A stretch of 64,000 nt of DNA from contig NC_135807.1 of NCBI RefSeq assembly GCF_964213995.1, positions 115,134,001-115,198,000 of the forward strand, read 5' to 3'. The position numbers and the translations under genes were made by a program. Of this stretch, positions 32,240 to 45,455 are shown piece by piece (the stretch's first letter is position 1; each line of letters starts with the position of its first letter). This DNA is from Mustelus asterias (Eukaryota). A model generated the notes under the pieces. It was given only the letters and a program-made list of their open reading frames with translations. It searched no databases and was not told the origin of the DNA.

Positions 32240-35070
32240 TAACAAAAGAACAAAGAACAAAGAACAGTACAGCACAGGAAACAGGCCCTTCGACCCTCCA
32301 AGCCTGTGCCGCTCCTTGGTCCAACTAGACCAATCGTTTGTATCCCTCCATTCCCAGGCTGCTCATGTGACTATCCAGGTAAGTCTTAAACGATGTCAGC
32401 GTGCCCGCCTCCATCACCCTACTTGGCAGTGCATTCCAGGCCCCCACCACCCTCTGTGTAAAAAACGTCCCTCTGATGTCTGAGTTATACTTCGCCCCTC
32501 TCAGCTTGAGCCCATGACCCCTCGTGATCGTCACCTCCGACCTGGGAAAAAGCTTCCCACTGTTCACCCTATCTATACCCTTCATAATCTTGTATACCTC
32601 TATTAGATCTCCCCTCATTCTCCGTCTTTCCAAGGAGAACAACCCCAGTCTACCCAATCTCTCCTCATAGCTAAGACCCTCCATACCAGGCAACATCCTG
32701 GTAAACCTTCTCTGCACTCTCTCCAATGCCTCCACGTCCTTCTGGTAGTGCGGCGACCAGAACTGGACGCAGTACTCCAAATGTGGCCTAACCAGAGTTC
32801 TATACAGCTGCATCATCAGACTCCAGCTTTTATACTCTATACCCCGTCCTATAAAGGCAAGCATACCATATGCCTTCTTCACCACCTTCTCCACCTGTGT
32901 TGCCACCTTCAAGGATTTGTGGACTTGCACACCTAGGTCCCTCTGTGTTTCTATACTCCTGATGACTCTGCCATTTATTGTATAACTCCTCCCTACATTA
33001 TTTCTTCCAAAATGCATCACTTCGCATTTATCCGGATTAAATTCCATCTGCCACCTCTCCGCCCAATTTTCCAGCCTATCTATATCCTGCTGTATTGCCC
33101 GACAATGCTCTTCGCTATCCGCAATTCCAGCCATCTTCGTGTCATCCGCAAACTTGCTGATTACACCAGTTACACCTTCTTCCAAATCATTTATATATAT
33201 CACAAATAGCAGAGGTCCCAGTACAGAGCCCTGCGGAACACCACTGGTCACAGACCTCCAAAGCTTGTGTGGCTTTTGCTACCAAATAAACCTGTTGGAC
33301 TTTAACCTGGTGTTGTTAAACTTCTTACTGTGTTTACCCCAGTCCAACGCCGGCATCTCCACATCACAGACCTCCAGCCAGAAAAAGACCCTTCGACCAC
33401 TACCCTCTGTCTCCTATGGCCAAGCCAGTTCTCCACCCATCTAGCCACTTCTCCTTGTATCCCATGAGCCTTAACCTTCTTAACCAACCTGCCATGTGGG
33501 ACTTTGTCAAATGCCTTACTGAAATCCATATAGACGACATTCACGGCCCTTCCTTCATCAACCGTTTTTGTCACTTCCTCAAAAAACTCCACCAAATTTG
33601 TAAGGCACGACCTCCCTCTTACAAAACCATGCTGTCTGTCACTAATGAGATTGTTCCGTTCTAAATGCACATACATCCTGTCTCTAAGAATCCTCTCCAA
33701 CAACTTCCCTACCACGGACGTCAAGCTCACCGGCCTATAATTTCCTGGGTTATCCCTGCTACCCTTCTTAAACAACGGGACCACATTCGCTATCCTCCAA
33801 TCCTCAGGGACCTCACCCGTGTCCAAAGAAGCGACAAAGATTTCCGTCAGAGGCCCAGCAATTTCACCTCTCGTCTCCCTGAGCAGTCGAGGATAGATGC
33901 CATCAGGCCCTGGGGCTTTGTCAGTTTTAATGTTCCCTAAAAAACCTAACACTTCCTCTCTTGTAATGGAAATTTTCTCTAACGGGTCAACACCTCCCTC
34001 CGAGACACTCCCGGTTAACACGCCCCTCTCCTTCGTGAATACCGATGCAAAGTATTCATTTAGGATCTCCCCTATTCCCTTGGGTTCTAAGCATAATTCC
34101 CCTCCTTTGTCCCTGAGAGGTCCGATTTTCTCCCTGACAACTCTTTTGTTCCTAACGTATGAATAGAATGCCTTAGGATTCTCCTTAATCCTGCCTGCCA
34201 AGAACATCTCGTGACCTCTTTTTGCCCTTCTAACTCCCCGTTTGAGTTCTTTCCTACTCTCTCTGTATTCCTCCAGAGCTCCATCTGTTTTCAGTTGCCT
34301 GGACTTAACGTACGCCTCCCTTTTCATTTTAATCAGATCCTCAATTTCCCTGGTTATCCACGGCTCTCGAATCCTACCTTTCCTATCTTTCCTTTTTACA
34401 GGCACATGCCTATCCTGCAGCCTTATCAATAGTTCCTTAAAAGACTCCCACATGCCAGACGCGGACTTACCCTCGAACATCCTCTCCCAATCAACATCCA
34501 CCAATTCCTGCCTAATCCGGCTATAGTCAGCCTTCCCCCAATTTAGCACCCTGCCCGTAGGACAGCACTCATCCTTGTCCATTACTATCCTAAAGTTAAC
34601 AGAGTTGTGGTCACTATTTGCCACATGTTCCCCTACCGAAACTTTGACGACCTGACCGGGCTCATTTCCCAGAACTAGGTCCAGTATAGCCCCCTCTCTA
34701 GTCGGGCTATCTACATACTGTTCCAAAGAACCTTCCAGTACGCATTTTACAAATTCCTCCCCGTCCGGTCCCCCAGCTCTAAGCACTTTCCAGTCTGTGC
34801 CAGGGAAATTAAAGTCCCCCACTACAACAACCCTATGTTTTCTGCACCTATCCAGAATCTCCTGACATATCCTTTCCTCCACTTCCCGTGGGCTGTTGGG
34901 TGGTCTGTAGTACACCCCCAGCATAGTGACTGCACCCTTCCTGTTTCTGAGTTCCACCCACAGCGACTCAGTACATGACCCCTCTAAGTTGTCTACCCTC
35001 TGCACCGCGGTAATATGCTCCTTAACTAATATTGCTACTCCCCCACCTTTTTTAGCCCCTCCTCTGTCTC
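32240..35070 (-). mobile_element. Young CR1 LINE, 5'-truncated; ORF2 (APE end plus RT) open except for one Penelope insertion
   Basis: GVYYRPP, VVGDFNFP, KAPGPDG, NYRPVSLTS, DFSKAFDKVPH, GVPQGSVLGP, FADD. Tail (TTGTTCT)n and CATA on both flanks. Confidence 0.95.
33261..33363 (+). mobile_element. 103-bp Penelope 3' terminus inserted in CR1 ORF2
   Basis: Matches 23229-23331; 13-bp TSD TCACAGACCTCCA (33248-33260/33364-33376). Confidence 0.93.
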
Positions 35071-37069
35071 ATAGATGAGCATAAGGCACTGCATAGGTGC
35101 GCATAAGTTGTTTCACTCCAGGTATGATTCAAGTGACCTACTAGGAAGCTTTTATCAAACAAAGTTTATTTAAGACTTTGTGGAAATTAATTTGCAATTC
35201 CAGCTATGGCCAAATATTTAATTCATTTTGTTCTGCAAGATTAAAGATGCTCACTTCAAATAAAACATCATGGAGTTGCTGGAACTTGTGAAACTATAGT
35301 TAAAAGCAGTTCAAAGCTGCAGATGCTGGTAGGGAAAAATAAAGTTATGACAAACAACTCTGTCAAGTAATGGAAAATGCTAATTGGCAAACAAGGCCTT
35401 CAGTGAGGCCAGCGCTTGCATATTCAGGACAAAAGACTAACCTAAACTTTGTGTTAGTTCCATAAACAAGGTGTTTCCAGCCTTGGCCACAAGATGAAAA
35501 TAAGACCCTTTCAATAACAAAATTCCAGAGAGCAAGGTACGGTGAGTTATAACTGTTACATTTTCTGTATGAATCGACAGAACACCACAGTAAAATTCAC
35601 TGTGCCTGTTCTCCTTGCTAGCAGGTAATAAAAGCTTAAAAGATTTGAGTACTCACTCTGCATTGCCTGCTTAATCCTCAACAACCACAGTTAAAATATA
35701 ACAAAAAGAATCAGCATAACCTTTACCAGTTCCAAAACTTAAACATTGCGCTCCTAACTCCTAACAGCTAACTATCTCAGCTGTTCCAATTTAAACACCA
35801 TGGCACAGACATCCATCCTTCTACAGACTTGGCATAAAAACAAGTATGCTCACATGATGGTGGATCTTCAGCTTTTTAACAGCTATGTGAATTGGTCCTT
35901 TGAATGAGGGATCAATTCTCTGCGGTTCCTGAGACCTGAAACTTTCAGAAAACTTCTGAAGAGAGTGGGGCAGAGAGACAAGGCCTTCTTCCATCAGCTT
36001 CTATCAGCAACTGAGGAACAAAACTAAAAACTGGACTTTTCAGTAAAAAGAATAGCTGTCCCCAGCATATCACCTGACCTGTCAATCATCCCCAAATCAC
36101 TCTGCAATCCCATTAAAGACACAGGACCCTGCATTAGCTCAGATTAAAATCAACATGATATCAATTATACTGCCTCGGCAGCAATAAAGAATACTGGTTA
36201 CAGACAACACAGCACCAGTGAAATGCCAGGGCCTGTTTGAAACATCTTGCAGAGAAACATGATTAAAATATATTTTTAAAGACACAGTATTGTTACACAA
36301 TGTATTGCGGCAATGGTCAGGGTGGCTCAAGGAGGTCAGCTGTCATTATTTTGTGTGGTTACAAAAGGTTGTCATGGCATTAGTAAGTCTTGCACAGCTT
36401 AGAGCTCATCAAGATAAAATACCTTGCACTGCCAATGTTCTGATGCATCTACATGTTATGTATATGCAGGACTGTAATAATTTAATGTGACAACATTTAA
36501 ATGGATAATGCACAAGGCACACAATATTTTCTTCCTTGATTTTTGAAGGTTAAAATTTGTACAGCATTTTGACAAAATAAAAAAAAATGCAATTCAGGAC
36601 TCTACACCAATCTTTTGCAATGGGATTTGTGTAAGGGCTGGGACAGGTTCAATCCTGTGTATAATTGAGAGGTACAGATAACATATTTGGATGGATGTAT
36701 TCAATGACTGCCATCACTGCAGCTGGAGGTGACGGTGATTGGCAGAAAGCCAGTAGAATGTTTCCCCAGGTAATTTCCCGCTCCTGTGCACTGCACATAT
36801 ATCTAAAATGAGGCAGATTCTGAAGACAAAACCCTGTTGTTGAGCTGCACATACACAAAGTGGCAAGGAGTCTCTCTGCAGTACATGATTAATTGTTGGT
36901 GTCACCTTAAAAGATTTCATCTATCATGGTGACAACTGAAGGTTGCATGGCCAATGCAGTGGTAACAATGAGCCCATTGCATCTCGAGTGTTCTGCTGGT
37001 GAATTCTGATCTTGTGACAAGTATTTTTAGGAACAAGGAAAGGCTGCTAAACTCAACAAACCCATTCCG

Positions 37070-38070
37070 TTTTGTTAGATTGTTCGGGCTATTCGATTCC
37101 TAATAGTTATCAGATTTGATCGGGGTGTTAAAATCATGCAGCGTTTTGACAGAAGAATTAAGGAGAAACTTTTTCCAATGTGGAAGTAAGATTAGTAACC
37201 AGAGGACATTGATTGACAAATGAATGAGAGGCGATGAGATGAACCATTACTTCATGAAGCAAATGTCATGACACAGTAGAAGACGCTAGTTTCACACCAG
37301 AAATTGACAGTAGCCTAGGAGCTAAAAATCGTGAGGAAATTAATATCAGTTGAGACAAAGTATTGGATAAACTTAGGGGACTAAAATTCAACAAATCTCC
37401 CCAAACTGACAACAAACACATCAGTGTTCTGGAAGTGAAAGCTACAGATAGCCATCAGATTTTTGAATGGACCTACCTCGCATTAAGTTGATCTTTCTCT
37501 ACACCCTAGCTACGACTGCAATACTACATTCTGCACTCTCTCCTTTCCTTCTGTATGAACGGTATGCTTGCAAGAAACAATACTTTTCACTGTATACTAA
37601 TACATGTGATAATAATAAATCAAATTAAATCAGAGATAGTGAATGTGCTGCCGATGATTTTCCAAATTTTCTTAAATTCGGGAACATTCTCATCAGGATG
37701 AAACAATGCACTTAAAAATACATAGCATGATTAAAACAGGTCAGTCCGGGTTGATTCAAGGGAAACCCTATTTAACAAAGTTGTTCGAGTCTTTTGAGGA
37801 TGTAATTAATAAGATGGATAAAGGGGAACCATTAGATGCAGTATATCTGGATTTCCAAAAGGCATTTGACAAGGTGCCACTCAAAAGCTTAATGGGCAAG
37901 ATAAGGGCTTATGGAGTTGGGAGTAATATATTAGCATGCATAGAGGATTGGTGAATGGGTAAAAAACAGAACGCGGGCATAAATGGAACTTTTTCAAATT
38001 GGCAGGCAGTGCGTTGTGGAATGTCGCAACGATCAGTGCTGGGATGTCAGCTTTTTAAAATCTATATTAA
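37070..38070 (+). mobile_element. Old CR1 RT fragments
   Basis: DKGEPLDAVYLDFQKAFDKVP (ORF 37706..37954). Confidence 0.75.
37452..37631 (+). mobile_element. Rex1/Babar-like LINE 3' end
   Basis: Close match to 38430-38620; tail AATAAATCAAAT. Confidence 0.7.
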
Positions 38071-38299
38071 GCATTCATGGATGTGGGGGGTAAATGTAAA
38101 TTGAAGGCATCTTGAGCACAACAGGAGCATGTTGCAGGTGTCATTATTTATGTTCCTATTTTAATGTTTGTGGACAGGGATGATAACTTTGTATGTTCAT
38201 CTTTGTTTATCTGAAGTAACAAAAACTTTTTTTACTTTAAAGGGCTGAGTTGATTGAATGCTTTGAATAGTTGCCAGATGCTGCAGAGGTTTGGAACTG

Positions 38300-38622
38300 T
38301 ATGGGGAAAGCAGCCAACATAATTAAGGACCCCACGCACCCCGGAGATTCTCTTCTTCCATTGGGAAAAAGATACAAAAGTCTGAGGTCACGTACCAACC
38401 AACTCAAGAACAGCTTCTTCCCTGCTGCTGTCAGACTTTTGAATGGACTTACCTCACATTACGTTGATCTTTCTCTACACCCTAGCTATGACTGTAACAC
38501 TACATTCTGCGTTCTTTCGATCCCTTCTCTATGAATGGTATGCTTTGTCTGTATAGCATGCAAGAAACAATACTTTTCACTGTATACTAATACATGTGAC
38601 AATACTAAATCAAATCAAATTA
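38300..38622 (+). mobile_element. Rex1/Babar-like LINE 3' end
   Basis: IIKDPTHPG..LLPLGKRYKSLRSRTNQLKNSFFPAAVRLLN followed by a (TCAAA)n tail. Confidence 0.75.
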
Positions 38623-39516
38623 AATCCATATCCCATTAATGACAGAATTAAGATTGCTGACACTTAGGCTATTATGCTGATGCCCTGATAAAGTGCAGAA
38701 GAAGGTTGAGGGTGTAAAACCCTAAACGGCACAAAACACAAGCTATTACATACACACCTGCTTCCATTTCTGTAGCAGTTGGACCAAGCCATTGGAATGT
38801 TGCCATTGTGCAGAGGTGGGACTTAAATCAGGTTTGCAGTTTTGGGAGCCTGTTTTAAATTCAGCTGGCCAGGTTTCCAATGGGAAAGCCAGCAGTGAAG
38901 TGGAAGTGGGAGAGCTGCCAGCCTCAAGGGTTACTGCTGATTATAACAATTCATGAGGCCCAGGATGAGAATGAGTGCTTCCCTCTCCCCCTCAAAGAAA
39001 CCTTCAGTCTCCCCACTGTTGATTGTGGTCTGACTTGAACCCTTTTTGGGACTGGTCACCTCCCACCCCTTCACCCACCAACTCTGTGTGAAACCGGAAA
39101 ATCCCGCCCGAGGTCAATGGACCTTTCCATGGTCAGCCCCTGACCCGCTATGATTCCTGTGGCAGGCGGAATGGGAAAATTCACCTCAATATGTCTGGCT
39201 GCGAAGCAGGAAACGGAAGGGACATATTGTAAAGAAGTGCAGCTATTACATTTAGCAGGACCTGCAATTCCCTGACTTTGCCAGCAGGCTACCATGCTTC
39301 CCCCATATCCTTCCGAACTCCCTTTACAAACAAGTGTCATTGTTCATCCTGGGACCCCTATAATTGGCTTTACTGCGTCGGCTGCTGAAGTATTTTCTTA
39401 ATCCATCATGCCATATGCTATTTAAAGGAGAATTGCTGGTGAGGTTATTGTGTCACTTGCTGAGATGCAGAAACTTACTCTGTTTCTATTGCCTGTCTAT
39501 GCTGTTAGGCATTCCC

Positions 39517-39548
39517 AGTAAGAAGTCTAACAACACCAGGTTAAAGGT
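39517..39548 (-). mobile_element. 32-bp Penelope micro-insertion
   Basis: AGTAAGAAGTCTAACAACACCAGGTTAAAG flanked by a 17-bp TSD TGC[T/C]GTTAGGCATTCCC (39500-39516/39549-39565). Confidence 0.8.
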
Positions 39549-39577
39549 TGCCGTTAGGCATTCCCCCAGCATATCAT

Positions 39578-39945
39578 CGTAGAATCATAGAATTCCTACA
39601 ATGCAGAAGGAGGCCATTCAGCCCAACGAGCCTACACCGACCACAATCTCACCCAGGTTCTATCCCTGCAACCCCACGTATTTACCCTGCTAATTCCCCT
39701 GACACTAGGGGCAATTTACCATGGCCAATCAATCTAACCCACATATCTTTGGAGTGTGGGAGGACCCGGAGGAAACCCACACAGACATGAGGAGAACATG
39801 CAAGCTCCACACAGTGACCCAAGGCCAGAATTGAACCCAGCTCCCTGGTGCTATGAGGTAGGAGTGCTAACCACTGTGCCACCGTGCCATAATAGAATCA
39901 TAGAATCCCTACATTGTAGAAAGAAGCCCTTTGGCCCATTGAGGC
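39578..39945 (-). mobile_element. HE1-like SINE type A plus an adjacent second tail fragment
   Basis: Reverse complement of the consensus at 39578-39888, with a second tail at 39892-39950. Confidence 0.85.
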
Positions 39946-40049
39946 TGCACTGACATAGAGTAAAATACATGGGTGCCAATCTTTGAACATCAATGATATC
40001 ACTAAAGCTCTTCAGAAATGTTCGCTGATCCCCCAGCATATGGAAGCCA

Positions 40050-40393
40050 AACAAAAGGCATAGATAAGGTGAACGGTGGGAAGCTTTTTCCCAGGTCGGT
40101 GGTGACGTTCACGAGGGGTCATAGGTTCAAGGTGAGGGGGGGGGAGGTTTAACACGGATATCAAAAGGGCATATTTTACGCAGAGGGTGGTGGGGGCCTG
40201 GAATGCGCTGCCGGGCAAGGTGGTGGAGGCGGACACACTGGGAACGTTTAAGAATTATCTCGATAGCCACATGAATGGAGTGGGAATGGAGGGATACAAA
40301 AGAATGGTCTAGTTTGGACCAGGGAGCGGCGCGGGCTTGGAGGGTCGAAGGGCCTGTTCCTGTGCTGTATTGTTCTTTGTTCTTTGTTCTTTG
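40050..40393 (+). mobile_element. CR1 3' fragment
   Basis: Matches 63560-63910; (TTGTTCT)n tail. Confidence 0.88.
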
Positions 40394-42052
40394 TAAAACA
40401 GCTTCTTAGGGGTTGAAACCAAATCTCCCATGGAAGCCGTCTGAGTATTCAGACGAAACACTTCAACACAACTGGGATACAATAGATCAAACCAGTACAT
40501 ACAATGGCAGATATACAGGTATTCACATAAACTTTATTTTATGTTTTTAGGATTTTGTTAATTTAAAGCTTAATTAGCATCTTAAGGCATCTATTTCCTG
40601 GTTAATTGGCAGATCAAACAATCCGACCTCTATCACATAAAGTGGTTATGACCTCCATTTTGAAATGGAATCAGGAAGGGTACTTTAATTGAAACACATT
40701 TTTCCCTTTCTATCATCAGGAACATTTAAATGTGATACAGAAATCCAAATGTAGAGGAAAAACTGAACAATAATTCTGAAAGGACGTTGATAAAAAGAAC
40801 TGCAGGTATTACCTGATAAGATAGACAGTGACCATCAGCTAAAGGTTGCAAGTATTTCACATGAACTAGGCAATGTTTTGATCTTGTATGTAATAAGTAC
40901 CAAGTGGACATACACTTAGCATATTTATAGCCTGGTATTCAATTGCAGCATGTTTAATTCATAACTTGTTTAGCTGTCTATTTTCGGATATCTTATGCTT
41001 GCCTTTATTCACAACTGGCGCAGATTTACTCAACATGAGCTGTTTATTTTTTCAAATCTTCTGTGTGAAAAAATTGAAAAATTATTGTTTTCTGTGTTTT
41101 CAATCTTCTCCCTGTTCTTCAAAGCAACTCATTCTAATTAACATAATTAGTTAATTATCTGTGAAGGTGATGGATTATCCCCAGAAGTGTGAAATCTTGT
41201 ATCCTGCAACAACCAGTGAGAAAATGTTTCTGGAAATGTGGTTGGAAAGAAGTTTGTGCTAGACTGAGTGTTGCGCCCTGGCAATAATAAGAAAGAAATA
41301 ACTTATTTTTCAATAGCTCCTTTCATGATTTCAGGATGGCCCAAAGACAATGAAATACTTTTGAAGTGTAGATACTGTTGTAATGTGGCAAAACTCCCAC
41401 CAGCTAAATCGCACACAACAAGATCCTTACAAAGACAATTCCAGAAAAGTAAATGCTTGAGTGCAGTTGACATTTAAAGTAATGAATGGGACATCCCTTC
41501 TCTGGGCCTGACAATGCGAAAGAGGGAAAGGGAGGAATCTCCCCACTTGCTAAGGTTTTAGAGACTTCTTCACAGACAAGTCCAATTTTGAGAACTTCAG
41601 AATGATGCCAATTTCTAAGATTTCATCAATTTCATAAACCCCTGTCAATTTCGCACAACCTCTGATTTCAGAGGCCCTCCAATTTTAGAACCCCAGTATT
41701 TCAACAAATGTTTTCCCAAATTGAGGTAAGAAAGAAACCATGTAAACTCAACATTTATTGTAGTATTTTCCTGACCTTTGATCAGTCCCATGAACCGTGG
41801 TTGTGCTCTGACCCTGGTTTCACTGGTGAATTTCAGGAAACCTGAGAAACCTATGCAAGTGTGGATAGATTTCAATATACATTAAAATATCATCGAATCG
41901 GTCAGTTAATGTGTTTAAATTGATAACCCACCTCTCCAGAAGGGCTGTTGTATGACCAGTCAAAGGCTGACAACATAAAACTGGTATTTGACTCACTGGA
42001 TCCAATTCTAAGACGCAAAAGCAGTTCAGCCATTGTAATGCCCCACTCTACG

Positions 42053-42325
42053 GGCAGCACGGTGGCACACAGGGCCAGGTTCAATTCCCGGCTTGGATCA
42101 CTGTGGAGTTTGCACATTCTCCCCGTGTCTGCGTGGGTTTCCTCCGGATGCCCTGGTTTCCTCCCACAGTCCGAAAGGCGTGCTGGTTAGGTGCATTGGC
42201 CATGCTAAATTCTCCCTCAGTGTACCCGATCAGATGCCGGAGTGTGGCAGCTAGGGAATTTTCACAGTAACTTCATTGCAGTGTTCATGTAAGCCTACTT
42301 GTGTCACTAATAAATAAACTTAAAC
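42053..42325 (+). mobile_element. HE1-head SINE with alternative tail (type B)
   Basis: Same head and core as type A, with tail TCTCCCTCAGTGTACCCGA...TTTTCACAGTAACTTCATTGCAGTG...TAATAAATAAACTT. Confidence 0.8.
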
Positions 42326-42659
42326 CTGAACCTAGCTTCAAATCTGAAAGAGATGAAACCACTCAGATGGCACTATGACCAAGATTTTCCGCCCTCATCC
42401 ATGGATGGGATTCTCCAGTCCCACAGCTTTGAACGGTGATTTGGCTGAGTACCACCTTCTTACTAGGAGGAGTGGTGGGGCATACAACATCAGAGAATTC
42501 CAGGCTACAGGCGGAATTTTGCGACCTCATCGCGCCCATTTGGAGGCAGGAAAATGTTGTAAAATTGGGCACGACTAGCAGGAATGGTGCCAATTTTTGC
42601 ATCCATTCCCATTTTACCAAGGAAAAAAATGGCACAATTGGGACCCTGCCATTTTAGTA

Positions 42660-43130
42660 CCACTACAACTTTACGTTGCCTACCACTACGTCTCGGTGTC
42701 TCCCGAGGATGTACATCGGAGGTGGAGTGGCTAGCTGCCCCATGCCCTTGGTGATCGTCTTATGGAGGGCCTGAACCTTGAGGACCCTAGCAGGCTTCCA
42801 GGTGTCAGGGACGTATCCATGGCACCCTTTTTTTCCCGTTGCCCCTGTGATGCCCCGGTGCCAGGAAGCGGGGGGGTCATCAGAAGATGTAGCCACAGCC
42901 ACAGTATCCTGGCTGGAAACCCCGGCACGGGCTCGAGCCCTTCCTCCTCCCACAGGGTTCCTGCGGGCCCCTGGGTCAATCCATGGGATGGCGGTGCTTC
43001 TGCAGTGAGCTCCAGAAGCTCCGGCTTCACCTGGACCTCCCAATCCTGGAAGACCACCTGCATTCTTGCCTTGGTGGCCCAGTCTCAGAAGTCACTTGCT
43101 GCTGCCATTGACAGGTGGCTCCCAAATCAT
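42660..43130 (-). pseudogene. Fragment of the Harbinger Myb gene C-terminus with a short inverted end (43074-43130, +)
   Basis: MQVVFQDWEVQVKPELLELTAEAPPSHG is homologous to 28560-28960; 43074-43130 matches 28464-28520 on +. Confidence 0.8.
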
Positions 43131-43194
43131 TGATGCTTGTGGGATCTTGCTCTGTAGAAATCAGCTGATATATTTCCCTTCATTACAACAGTAA

Positions 43195-43565
43195 TGGCAC
43201 GGAGGCACAGTGGTTAGCACTGCTGCCTCACAGCGCCAGGGGCCCAGATTCAATTCCGGCGTGGGTGACTGTCTGTGTGGAGTTTGCACGTTTTCCCCAT
43301 GTTTGCGTGGGTTTCCTTCAGGTGCTCCAGTTTCCTCCCACAGTCCAAAGATGGGTGGGTTAGGCTGTTGGCCATGCTAAATTGACACTGAATATCATGC
43401 GAATTAACAGGGCAAATGCACGGTGTTACGGGGATAGGGCACACATGGGGATTAACAGGGTAAATACATGGTGTTACGGAGGTAGGACTTGAGTGGATTG
43501 TTGTCAATGCAGGCTTGATGGGCTGAATAGCCTCCTTCAGCCCTCTCGGGATTTTATGATTCTAG
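43195..43565 (+). mobile_element. HE1-like SINE type A with an internal tail duplication
   Basis: Boxes A and B present; ATTAACAGGG.AAAT.CA.GGTGTTACGG occurs twice. Confidence 0.85.
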
Positions 43566-45136
43566 TAACTACACTGCAAAATTGATTAGCTGTAAAGAGC
43601 TATGGGTTGTCCAAACATCATGAGATGCATTATGTGGATGTAAGTCATTCTTCCTTTTTCCTAACGCATTTCTAAGCTGCTCAGTAATAAAAGTGAGGTT
43701 TATCTCATACAGTGGCATTGCACTTCCTTCCTGACCTGCCACAATGTCCTTGCTTGAAGGAGGAATTGACAGAATATTTATAATTGGTTGGCCAAATCAA
43801 GGAATAGTCTACAGCTGCCTTTGTGTATGCTATTATACCCGGTGCTGGCTGGGGCACAGTTGGAAATGGATGGAGAGGCTAATATCGATCTCCCTCAGTG
43901 ATACAGTGGGTGAGAACACCCTTCAGTGTTACACTGTGCAGTGAAAACATAGCATCCTGACACTGAAATAAAATAAAAGAACTTGAAGATTAAAAAAAAC
44001 ACAAACATAAGTTACGGCATACTTAATCGATGGCTTGCTATTACTTAGATGCACGGAGGAAACAGATACTCAAATATTAACTTAGGCACTGTCTAAAATT
44101 ACCATTGAACGAGCAGCTTTACTAAGACTAATTGAACCTGTTGTACATCAAGAGCAGAAGCTCACAGAGTAATTCCGGTAACTGGCCTTGGTTCTGTGGA
44201 TGTTGGATCGATAAATAGTACTCTGCTCACCACTAAGCTCCGGTACATGATGTGCTTATTAAAACTGAGAACAGCCATTGTGAGTACATCCTTCCACTCC
44301 AAATCGGCATTGTGCCAGCTCACATATCTGCTGTGGGACTCTTCACGGTGAAACAGTCCAATAGCACTTTATGCATCAACTCTCAGCCAATTGCTGAAAA
44401 CACCTTGAACCTATTGCAGCAATTCTCCAAAGCACTCCACCACACCATTTATTATATTATTCAGGGCTCAGGTCCAGCCCCCGTTATGTATTCCAGCCTC
44501 CTGTGGATGAAGAAACAAATTGAGGGTGCATGACAGAAAAACAAGTCTAAAGTACAAAGCTTTTGATCATTACAATGTATAATTTTAATGTAAAAGCGGA
44601 TGTCAATTCAGTAAATATTGTGCCATTGGCTTATATTGTATTTACAAGACAGGAACAGACCATTCACCCCATTAGATCAATGCTTGTGTTAATGTTCCAC
44701 ATGAACCTCCCCTTCCATTCTTCCTCATCCAACCCGATTAACATATTCCGCTATTCCTTTCTCCTTCATGTGGTATTCTAGCCTCCCCGCTTAAATAAAC
44801 CTATGTCAGTAGCCTGAACTACTCCTTGTGGTGGCAGATTTGATGTTCTAACAACCCTTTGGGTAAAATCATAATCTGGAATTCGACACACCCCCGCCCC
44901 CTGGCCCTGCCCTGTCTAGGTTTTCCCATGATGGAGGCAGTGAGTTATTGAACGGTGGCAGATATTCTGGTCCCACTGAAGTCAATGGCAATTTGCATGG
45001 TTCGCCAGACCCGCCGCCGGGTAACCCATGCACAAAGATGACTTCGGCAAGGCGTACCGGCAATCCTGTCCGTTTATCCTGCATTTCTCATTGGATCTAT
45101 TGACAACAACCTTCAACTTATGGCACCTAGTTATAG

Positions 45137-45455
45137 ACTCATAGAATCCTACAGTGCAGAAAGAGGCCATTTGGCCCATCGTGTCTGCACCACCCACAAT
45201 TCTACCCATGTCCTATCCTCATAACTCCATGCATTTACCCTAGCTAGTCCCTCTGACATTAAGGGGCAATTGTAGCATGGCCAATCCACTTAATCCACAC
45301 ATCTTTGTGCTGTGGGAAGAAACCGGAGCACCTGGACGAAACCCACGCAGACATGGGGAGAATGTGCAAACTCCCCACAGACAGTGACCCAAGCTGGGAA
45401 TCGAACCCAGGTCCCTGGCGCTGTGAGGCAACAGTGCTAACCACTGTGCCACCGT
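45137..45455 (-). mobile_element. HE1-like SINE type A, inside an old CR1 3' remnant (~44640-45730)
   Basis: Reverse complement of the consensus. Confidence 0.85.

Larger units (their letters stand above)
32165..36300 (-). mobile_element. LTR related to 14959-15768, split by the CR1 at 32240-35070 and probably by further inserts
   Basis: 35114-35172 is the reverse complement of CTTAAATAAACTTTGTTTGAT..AAGCT.CCTAGT.GGTCACTTGA.TCATACCTG. 32170-32240 matches the LTR end TTGGAGTTTCTG.CCTG. Confidence 0.6.

Noticed and set aside
44020-44500. Possible - strand exon after acceptor TTTCTTCATCCACAG
   Set aside because: All three frames stop within 13 codons and no protein is recognisable; a UTR or terminal exon cannot be excluded.
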